Assembly: GCA_964016885.1 (NCBI GenBank)
Contig: OZ024741.1
Span: 273,544,001 to 273,608,000 of the forward strand
Reading direction: 5' to 3'
DNA: 64,000 bases
From: Eledone cirrhosa
Taxonomy: Eukaryota
The translations under genes were made by a program, and so were the position numbers. Below, one piece after another: positions 56,567 through 64,000 of the stretch. The notes beneath the pieces are model-generated. The model was not told the DNA's origin, did not search any database, and saw only the letters and a list, made by a program, of their open reading frames with translations. The stretch's first letter is position 1. Each line of letters opens with the position of its first letter.

Positions 56567-58172
56567 TGGTGGTGGCGGTAGCAGTGGTGGTGGTGGTGGT
56601 GGGGTGGGGTGATGGTTGTAATGTTGGTGGTGGTGGTGGTGGTGGTGGTGGTGGTGGTGGCAGCAGCAGTGGTGGTGGTGGTGTTGTGATGGTTGTGGTG
56701 TTGGTGGTGCTGGTGGTGGTGGTGGCGGTAGCAGTGGTGGTGCTGGTGGTGGGATGATGGTTGTGGTGTTGGTGATGGTGGTGGGGTGATGGTTGTGGTG
56801 TTGGCGGTGGTGGAGGTGGTGGTGGCGGTAGCAGTGGTGGTGGGATAATGGTTGTGGTGTTGGTGGTGGTGGTGGTGGTGGGGTGATGGTTGTGGTGATG
56901 GTGTATGTGGTGGTGGTGGGGTGATGGTTGTGGTGTTGGTGTATGTGGTGGTGGTGGTGTATGTGGTGGTGGTGGTGTTAATGGGGTTGTTGGTGGTGGT
57001 GGTGCTGTTGGTGGGGGTGGTGATGGTTGTGGTGGTGCTGGGGTGATGGTTGTGGTGGTAGTGGGTGTTCTGTTGTTGTTGTTGGATGTGGTGGTGGCTG
57101 TTGGTGGGGGTGGGGTGTTGTTGTTGGTGGGGGCTGTTGGTGGTGTTGTTGGTGTTGTTGGTAGTGATGGTGTTGGTGTGATGGTGAGGTGGTGCTGTTG
57201 CTGTTGGTGGTGATGGTGATGGTGTTTGCGCAGTGGTGATGGTGTTTGTGCAGTGGTGATGGTGTGGCAGTGGTGGTGCTGATGGTGAGGTGGTGATGTT
57301 GGTGTTGGTGGTGTTGGTGGTGATGGTGGTGATGGTGGTGATGTTGGTGTTGGTGGTGTTGGTGGTGGTGGTGGTGATGGTGGTGTTGGTGGTGATGGTG
57401 GTGATGGTTTTGGCGGTTGTGGTTGTGGTGGTGCCGGTGATGGTTTTTGGGAGAGGTGTTGGTAGTGTTGGTTGTGGTGTTGGTAGTAGAAGTTTTAGTG
57501 TAGATGGTGATAGTGGTGGTGGTGGTGGTGTTGGTGATGGTGATGTTAGTGGTGATGGTGATGTGGTGGTGATAGTGTTGGTGGTGGGCGTTGTGTTGGA
57601 AATGGTGGTGTTGGTGGTGGTAGTGGTGTTTGTGGTGGAGGTTGAGTTGATGGTGGTTGTGTTGGTGGTGGTAGTGGTGTTGGTGGTGGAGGTTGAGTTG
57701 ATGGTGGTTGTGTTGGTGGTGGTAGTGGTGTTGGTGGTGCTGGTGGTGTTGGTGATGGTGGTGTTGGTGGTGGTAGTGGTGTTGGTGGTAGTGGTTGTGT
57801 TGGTGATGGTGTTGTTGGTGGTGGTAGTGGTGATGGTGGAGATAATGGTGATGGTGCTTGTTGTGTTGGCGATGATGGTGATGGTAGTGTTGGGAATGGT
57901 GGTGGTGTTGGTGGTGGTAGTGGTGATGGTGGTAGTGGTGATGGTGGAAATAATGGTGATGGTAGGGTTAGGATTGGCGGTGGTGGTGGTAATGGAAGTG
58001 GTGGTGGTGGTGGTGGTAATGGAAGTGGTGGTGGTGGTGGTAATGGAAGTGGTGGTGGTGGTGGTGGTAATGGAAGTGGTGGTGGTGGTGGTGGTGGTAA
58101 TGGAAGTGGTGGTGGTGGCAATGGAAGTGGTGGTGGTGGTGGTGGTAATGGAAGTGGTGATGGTGGGGTGGT
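56567..58172. repeat. (GGT)n-derived low-complexity tract
   Basis: About 1.6 kb of GGT/GAT/GTT triplets, nearly devoid of C on the + strand. It yields spurious poly-Val, poly-Gly, poly-Pro and poly-His ORFs. Confidence 0.97.
57991..58160. repeat. Minisatellite AATGGAAGT(GGT)n x7
   Basis: AATGGAAG starts at 57991, 58018, 58042, 58069, 58099, 58120 and 58147 (spacing 21-30 bp, always a multiple of 3). Confidence 0.9.
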
Positions 58173-58273
58173 TTAATTCTTCTGTCCGTCTCTCGGACCA
58201 GAGATTTCCATCGATACATTAAGGTTTCTTCTTCTGTAGATATGCATCACAACCCCCTTGCCGCATCTGTTCT

Positions 58274-58460
58274 ATCTCTCTCTCTCACCCTCTCACTCTC
58301 TCTCTCTCTCTCACCCTGTCACACACACTATCTCTTTCTCTCTCTCTCTCTCTTTCTCACCCTGTCACACACACTATATATCTCTCTCTCTCTCTCTCTC
58401 TCTCACCCTGTCACACACACTATCTCTTTCTCTCTCTCTCTCTCTCTTTCTCACTCTACA
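58274..58460. repeat. (TC)n-based 46-bp minisatellite x3
   Basis: CACCCTGTCACACACACTAT at 58312, 58358 and 58404, separated by (TC)n. Confidence 0.9.
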
Positions 58461-58502
58461 CACACACATATATATATATATTTATATATATATACATATA
58501 TT

Positions 58503-58533
<31 letters not shown>

Positions 58534-58601
58534 ATATATATACATTCATATATATATATATACATATATATTTATATGTATATATATTTATACACATATA
58601 T

Positions 58602-58672
<71 letters not shown>

Positions 58673-58748
58673 TATATAGTGATAACATGGACGGGAACAA
58701 AAACAGAGAGGCAGACAAATATGCATATATATATGTATATGCACACAT

Positions 58749-58802
<54 letters not shown>

Positions 58803-58928
58803 GGGTTAATGCGCATACATACATATTTACGTACACACATACACACATACATACATCGATCCATCCATCCATACATACATACATACATACATACATACAA
58901 ACATATATATATACATATATACATATAT
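58461..58928. repeat. Compound (TA)n/(CA)n/(TG)n/(TACA)n microsatellite field
   Basis: Dinucleotide and tetranucleotide runs with short unique interruptions, read directly. Confidence 0.95.
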
Positions 58929-59199
58929 GGCTGTGTCTACTCCATTAATGAATATCTAGCCTCAAGACGAGACATCAATCACCGCACGTATTGTATCTTT
59001 TACAGTCTCTTTATGATTACGTCAGTCCAATTGTGAAGCTCTCCCCGTGGGCCTCTACTGTCATGTCCGACACTTTCTCTCCTTTTTCTTCCTCACTTTC
59101 TCCTACTTTCCTAGTTGTCATTTCGCTTTACTACCTAATTCTATGATAAACGTGTATTCAGAAGACTTATATTTATGTACTACAAAACATAAGCGGCAA

Positions 59200-59244
59200 A
59201 TACATACATAGATACATACATATATATATATATACATACATACA

Positions 59245-59334
<90 letters not shown>
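59200..59334. repeat. (TACA)n/(TA)n microsatellite
   Basis: Read directly from the sequence. Confidence 0.95.
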
Positions 59335-59336
<2 letters not shown>

Positions 59337-59448
59337 AACCAGTAAGACCCCGACGGCTGAGCTCAAGCCGTTTCGACGGCTAATTCATGTCCAGAATTAG
59401 CCGTCGAAACGGCTTGAGCTCAGCCGTCGGGGTCTTACTGGTTCCTAT
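59332..59448. repeat. Perfect inverted repeat, 55-bp arms with 7-nt loop, containing the 3' half of a hammerhead-like motif
   Basis: 59332-59386 is the exact reverse complement of 59394-59448; the loop is ATGTCCA. The right arm reads C-GAAA-CGGCT-TGAGCTC-AGCCG-TC (GAAA box, stem III, GUC triplet). Confidence 0.9.
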
Positions 59449-59524
59449 TACCCACTCTACTACCCCAAGTATTGAGTACTTTGGTGCGTTATGGTCCACC
59501 TGGTTCCTTACCACATTTCCTTCG

Positions 59525-59525
<1 letters not shown>
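59332..59525. mobile_element. Putative extremely truncated Penelope-like/ribozyme-bearing insertion in (TA)n
   Basis: A GC-richer ~195-bp island flanked on both sides by (TA)n. Its inverted-arm-plus-tail architecture matches the recognisable Penelope-like element at 60264-62916, and it has a partial hammerhead core. Family identity is inference. Confidence 0.5.
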
Positions 59526-59609
<84 letters not shown>

Positions 59610-59636
59610 TGTATGTATGTATGTATATATATATAT
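59526..59636. repeat. (TA)n(TG)n(TATG)n microsatellite
   Basis: Read directly from the sequence. Confidence 0.95.
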
Positions 59637-60246
59637 TATGTCAGGTCACCAGTTGGTGCTACTGGTAACATGTATCCCAGTACAACCTGTCTCATGGTCG
59701 GGTCGTTGGCGACTAAACTGGCACCCCACCAAGGTTTCTTGGTGAGGAGGGTGACTTTGGACATCCTGCAGGACTAAAAACAAAACCTGTCAAAGGGCAA
59801 AGGAGCTCTTAAGAGTCAATGGCCATCCAAAATCACCGGGAGAGATGACCCCTTAGCATTTGTCAAGGCAGAATTCTAGGAGAAGGAAAACTCTGATATA
59901 ACACTTGCAACCCTGATGGTATCCAATGATGTTGACATGTTCTTCTTTTTGGTAAATATCATCTTGGTTAAGAGAGTGGGACTGGCTTTGTGCAGTGCCT
60001 TTGCTCACTATAAAAGCTTCACGGCACAGGCATTGCTTTATATCTGGAGATCTCTCTGCACTTGTCGTCACATGGTACCATGGGCTTAGCACTATGTGTC
60101 AATAATTGTCACAGATGTAGTGTTTGTACCAGAGTTTTCAAGTCGCTGGCTGGACTAAAAAGTCACACTCGTTCAGCGCATCGGTAGGGGTTCTCCTACA
60201 TGGAAATAAAGTAGTGGCCGTACTCGAAAACGAATTGGCAGCCACC
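59637..60246 (+). mobile_element. Possible interspersed-repeat fragment (RTE-like LINE 5' region or derived SINE)
   Basis: A ~600-bp island of balanced composition between microsatellites. It contains CTAGGAGAAGGAAAACTCTGA (~59876-59896), which from memory resembles RTE-clade 5' UTRs. No recognisable ORF. Confidence 0.25.
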
Positions 60247-60263
60247 ATATATATATATATATA

Positions 60264-60716
60264 CAATGATATTAAATAAATGGAAACTATATTTATAAAA
60301 ACCATATTTATTTTATTATATATATTTCAAGGATACCAAGACAACATTGATACGCTTTCATCAGATAAAATACAAAGTTTGTTTTATAAATAGAGACATA
60401 CCCATGAAAATCATACCTTATCGGTTGGAAATTCACTGGATAGTGGAAATATATTAGGGATTTTTCAAACTTATGTGTGAATATGCAAATGAATATGTAA
60501 ATAATTGAAAAACAACCGTTTATTTAAACGAATATGGAGAGTGAGAAGAGATAAGAGGAGAGGATAAAATAGTGCTTGAGAGAGAGAGAGAAAGAAAACA
60601 AGAGAAGATGAATAAAACTCATATAACGTTAATTTGAGGGAAATATATTCTAAGTATATATCTTAATAGTAAGTGTATTTACGATTATTAGTTGTTTAAA
60701 ATTTGTTTATAATATA
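60264..60716 (-). repeat. Pseudo-LTR segment, 3' copy
   Basis: Reverse complement of 62384-62834 with scattered substitutions and small indels. Confidence 0.9.
60309..60372 (-). ncRNA. Minimal type I hammerhead ribozyme motif (intact)
   Basis: The minus strand reads TATTTTAT-CTGATGA-AAGCGTATCAA-tgttgtc-TTGGTATCCTT-GAAA-TATATA-TA-ATAAAATA. This gives a perfect 8-bp stem I, both core boxes, an 11-bp stem II with one mismatch, a 1-bp stem III with palindromic loop and an AUA triplet. Confidence 0.85.
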
Positions 60717-60744
60717 TTTTTCTTCTGTTATAAGTAGATAAAAA

Positions 60745-60815
60745 AATAAATAAATAAATACATAAATAAATAAATACATAAATAAATAAATAAATAAATA
60801 AATAAATGAATAAAT
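60745..60815. repeat. (AAAT)n microsatellite inside the element 3' region
   Basis: Read directly from the sequence. Confidence 0.9.
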
Positions 60816-61172
60816 AGATGGGTATATCATGGTATAGATAATTGTTCTAATGAGTTATGAGGGATATTGGTTTTGTATTTAATGTAAATAAATATTAAGT
60901 TGAATTAAATTAAGATGGGAATATACGGAAAAAACTCCGGTTTAATTTATTTATTCGTTGGTGTGAGACTATTTAGTTGAAATAGGTATAAATGTTGAAA
61001 GATACATTTAGCCAGAATCAGTTAGTGGTTATAAATCTATTGAAAAATATTGAAAAAATATTGATACAGTATTGAAAAAATCTAAAAAATTTGAGAAATT
61101 AAAAAAAAAAATTTTTATAAGAGATAAGTAATTTTAAAGAAATAAAAATTGAAGAAAAAAAGTAAAGAAATA

Positions 61173-61257
61173 AAAATTATTAAAATTAAAATTAAAATTA
61201 AAATTAAAATTAAAATTAAAATTAAAATTAAAATTAAAATTAAAATAAAAAAAAATT
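61173..61257. repeat. (AAAATT)n microsatellite inside the element 3' region
   Basis: About 11 tandem AAAATT units, read directly. Confidence 0.9.
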
Positions 61258-61390
61258 AGAATTATATACGTGTATATTTTATGAAATTTTAAGAACTGGA
61301 ATTATAGCAAATGTTATAGATATTATGATTTACAGATATCAATATATTAAAACCAAGTGGATGAGATTGTTATGGAAATAAGTAGAAATA

Positions 61391-62363
61391 TTATAAGTTA
61401 TATATAGTTCTGAATGTTGAATTCTGGCGATGTCTACAAGAATTAAATAAATTGGTTCTTAGATTAATAGAGTTTTTACATTTAAGTATGAACAAAATTT
61501 CCTCAATACACAATTTGCAGAATCTAGTCCATATTCTTGCATTTTAAGTTCCATATCAGGTTTGAAAGAGAAGTTGAAGATTTTTTTTTATCAAATCTTC
61601 GGAAAAAGCATTTGTGATTATTCCAGCGACTTTTAAATTCTGTATAAGTTCCACCGACATAGTTAAATATATTATCACTAGTTTTAACTGTACATTTATA
61701 GACAACGTTTTTATCTAAACACTTATTTTGTAAAGGACAGTTTGATTTAATTCTACAGTTACATTTGTTGTTGTTCGGAACGGTACTATTATGTTGGATA
61801 TTGCTAGAGATATTACTGCTATTTTGGTTATTTTGATTAGGGTTTACATTTCTATTATTAATTCTATTTATATTTTGTGCTATGTTCATAGTAGTAGAGT
61901 AGGATAGTTTTATAGTATGTCTGTTAAAGATTGAGTGGTATCTGTGGGCTTTAGGAAAACATTTATCTTGTGCTTTAAAGAATAGCTTTGCTAAAGGTGT
62001 TTTTACGCTTAATGAGAATGGGGGTGAGTACCAAATAATATTTCTAGTTCTAGTTCTTCTATTAGTTTTAGAGTTTAAGTTAAATTTGTTATTATTACAA
62101 TTAATAGTAGGGTTATTTGCCTTATTACTGTTGTCAATGTATTTAATCCTATTTATATTCCCTGCTCTATTTAAAGCTTCATTATAATATTCTGCCTTAT
62201 CGTCAAAAATGTTTTTATTAGCGGAGATGCGTGAAATCCGTTGTTGGACAGAATTGACGATAGTGTTCTTGATAGATCTAGGATGGTTAGAGTTAAAACT
62301 TACATAGTTTAGATTCTCATTAATTTTATGGAATGGATAGTAGATCCCTGTGTTAAGGTGGAA
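61391..62363 (-). pseudogene. Penelope-like polyprotein remnant: RT C-terminus/thumb, Cys-rich linker, GIY-YIG endonuclease; frameshifted
   Basis: Manual translation is open from 62363 to 61524: FHLNTGIYYPFHK..YVSFNSNHPRSIK..RTRNIIWYSPPFS..IFNRHTIKLSYS..CNCRIKSNCPLQNKC..VVYKC..YVGGTYTEFKSRWNNH..TSLSNLIWNLK. The C-terminus continues in another frame at 61528-61391: TRFCKLCIEE..INLRTNLFNSCRHR..*. No start codon or RT catalytic core is present. Confidence 0.9.
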
Positions 62364-62383
62364 CTGCTACAGAATTTAAAGTT

Positions 62384-62834
62384 TATATTATAAACAAAAT
62401 TTAAACAACTAATAATCGTAAATACACTTACTATTAAGATATATACTTAGAATATATTTCCCTCAAATTAACGTTATATGAGTTTTATTAATCTTCTCTT
62501 GTTTTCTTTCTTCTCTCTCTCTAGCACTATTTTATCCTCTCCTCTTATCTCTTCTCTCTCTCCATAGACTTTTAAATAAACGGTTGTTTTTCAATTATTT
62601 ACATATTCATTTGCATATTCACACATAAGTTTGAAAAATCCCTAATATATTTCCACTATCCAGTGAATTTCCAACCGATAAGGTATGATTTTCATGGGTA
62701 TGTCTCTATTTATAAAACAAACTTTGTATTTTACCTGATGAAAGCGTATCAATGTGGTCTTGGTACTCTTGAAATATATATAATCGAATAAATATGGTTT
62801 TATTAATATAGTTTCCATTTATTTAATATCATTG
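62384..62834 (+). repeat. Pseudo-LTR segment, inverted copy (followed by an 82-bp tail to 62916)
   Basis: Reverse complement of 60264-60716. Confidence 0.9.
62727..62790 (+). ncRNA. Minimal type I hammerhead ribozyme motif (stem I degenerate)
   Basis: TATTTTAC-CTGATGA-AAGCGTATCAA-tgtggtc-TTGGTACTCTT-GAAA-TATATA-TA-ATCGAATA. The core and stem II are intact; the core-proximal part of stem I is mismatched. Confidence 0.75.
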
Positions 62835-62914
62835 AATATTTACTCCAGTAAACTGTTGAGTGCTCTAAATGAGTTATAAACATTTATATTTGTTGGACTT
62901 CCAACAACCTTCTA

Positions 62915-62916
<2 letters not shown>

Positions 62917-62996
<80 letters not shown>

Positions 62997-63062
62997 TATA
63001 CATATATATACATATATATTCAATGGAGGTGGTCTATTCCGTATGGTCAATCGTAATGTAAT

Positions 63063-63100
<38 letters not shown>
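62917..63100. repeat. (TA)n microsatellites with a ~40-bp unique interruption
   Basis: Read directly from the sequence. Confidence 0.95.
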
Positions 63101-63101
<1 letters not shown>

Positions 63102-63103
<2 letters not shown>

Positions 63104-63580
63104 TGTTGTACTTGGGGAGGGTCATATTGTTGTAATAATATTGCCAGGAATAATAACAGAACACTCTCACTGTTTGGTTGGTTTTCGCTTCTGTATCTTT
63201 TTTTTTTTTTATATCTCCATACTTAATTTATTTGACAATCAATGTTTATCATTGACTGACCAACGGTTAAAAATACAGATATAAATATATATATATACAG
63301 TCTAACAAAGTTCTTTCGTTGCCCATTTGCAACATCATCAGTGGTACTATTATCATGTTTCCTCCTATTTTATTGTAATGTTTACGCCATTGAAAAATAT
63401 ATATGAGATACAAAAAAAAAAAAAAAAAGATACAGAAGTGAAAACCAACCAAACAGTGAGTGTGTTCTGTTGTTATTTCTGGCAATATTATTACAACAAT
63501 ATGACACTCCCCAAGTATAACAATATTTGTTTCGGCACGCCATTTCATATCAAAAAGCTTGCAATACAAATTTATCGCCG
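63102..63580 (-). mobile_element. Short inverted-repeat element (~116-120-bp arms) with a hammerhead core in the spacer; likely a truncated Penelope-like pLTR insertion, MITE as alternative
   Basis: 63102-63217 and 63405-63524 are imperfect reverse complements, followed by an unpaired tail at 63525-63580, with (TA)n on both sides. The minus-strand spacer contains CTGATGA-T-GTTGC-aaatgg-GCAAC-GAAA. Confidence 0.65.
63300..63350 (-). ncRNA. Degenerate hammerhead ribozyme motif
   Basis: Both core boxes (CTGATGA at 63341-63335, GAAA at 63317-63314) flank a perfect 5-bp stem II. Stems I and III pair only partially. Confidence 0.55.
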
Positions 63581-63586
63581 TATCTA

Positions 63587-63647
<61 letters not shown>

Positions 63648-63660
63648 GGCGATAAATTTG
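63567..63660. repeat. Palindrome: 16-bp perfect inverted repeats enclosing a (TA)n tract
   Basis: CAAATTTATCGCCGTA (63567-63582) and TACGGCGATAAATTTG (63645-63660) flank self-complementary (TA)n. Confidence 0.9.
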
Positions 63661-63698
63661 CTTATAAATATAAAGAATGATTAATAAAACAGGTAGAC

Positions 63699-63699
<1 letters not shown>

Positions 63700-63756
<57 letters not shown>

Positions 63757-63912
63757 GAGACACACACACGCATATATATATGTTTATGTGTTTGTGTGTG
63801 TGTGTAAGTATGGATGTATACATGCGTATATGTATGTGTATGCATATATATATACATGTATATTATATAATTCATATGTATGTCTCTGTATATATATATA
63901 TATATATATATG
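63700..63912. repeat. Compound (TA)n/(CA)n/(TG)n microsatellite field
   Basis: Read directly from the sequence. Confidence 0.95.
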
Positions 63913-64000
63913 CGCATGGACATAGAGATAATCGGGCTGGATACCCGATCGCGCGGTTAAACCATTGGAAGTGGAGGACCTTAGCTTTTGTCAGGGCATT

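Larger units (their letters stand above)
60264..62916 (-). mobile_element. 5'-truncated Penelope-like retroelement (Hydra-clade-like) with inverted pseudo-LTR, inserted in (TA)n
   Basis: RT-thumb/linker/GIY-YIG remnant on the minus strand. About 450-bp inverted repeats at 60264-60716 and 62384-62834 each carry a hammerhead motif. (TA)n lies at both ends (60247-60263 and from 62917). Inverted pLTRs and hammerheads are established PLE hallmarks. Confidence 0.9.

Noticed and set aside
57961-57972. Telomere-like TAGGGTTAGG
   Set aside because: Fewer than two units inside a G/T-rich tract, which is expected by chance.
56569-58222. Poly-Val, poly-Gly, extensin-like poly-Pro and poly-His ORFs
   Set aside because: These are translations of a (GGT)n tract in different frames, with no domain, signal or splice evidence.
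58242-59777. [12 protein letters not shown]-type ORFs (also at 62869-63925)
   Set aside because: Microsatellite translations.
59853-60092. 79-aa minus-strand ORF
   Set aside because: Short, with no recognisable motif; length is compatible with chance.
63913-64000. GC-richer segment with hairpin ATCGGG-ctggata-CCCGAT, possibly the start of another element
   Set aside because: Cut by the window edge; too little sequence to call.

Overview
Eukaryotic, gene-free, repeat-dominated window. Bases 1-~56,390 are one tandem satellite of roughly 1,100 monomers. The consensus is 51 bp (TGTCTGTAAAG-TGTCTGTA-TGTCACTA-TGTCACCG-CTATCAGACCAGATAG), with modular 40- and 59-bp variants, nested higher-order repeats (1.6-1.8 kb, 4.2 kb and older ~6.2 kb periods) and a distinct 43-bp stratum at its right edge. 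Almost all ORFs in the track are by-products of this 17-codon period or of microsatellites. A 1.6-kb (GGT)n-type tract and dense (TC)/(TA)/(CA)/(TACA) microsatellites follow. The only real protein remnant is a 5'-truncated, frameshifted Penelope-like retroelement on the minus strand: RT thumb, CxCx5Cx5C linker and GIY-YIG endonuclease (Hydra-clade-like), with inverted ~450-bp pseudo-LTRs carrying minimal hammerhead ribozymes. The most interesting observation is that three unrelated sequences at 59.3-63.6 kb share one architecture: (TA)n, short arm, spacer, inverted arm plus extra tail, (TA)n. Each carries a complete or partial hammerhead core, including a perfect 117-bp palindrome centred on a putative hammerhead stem II. 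The microsatellite style suggests an invertebrate such as a cephalopod, but that is inference only.
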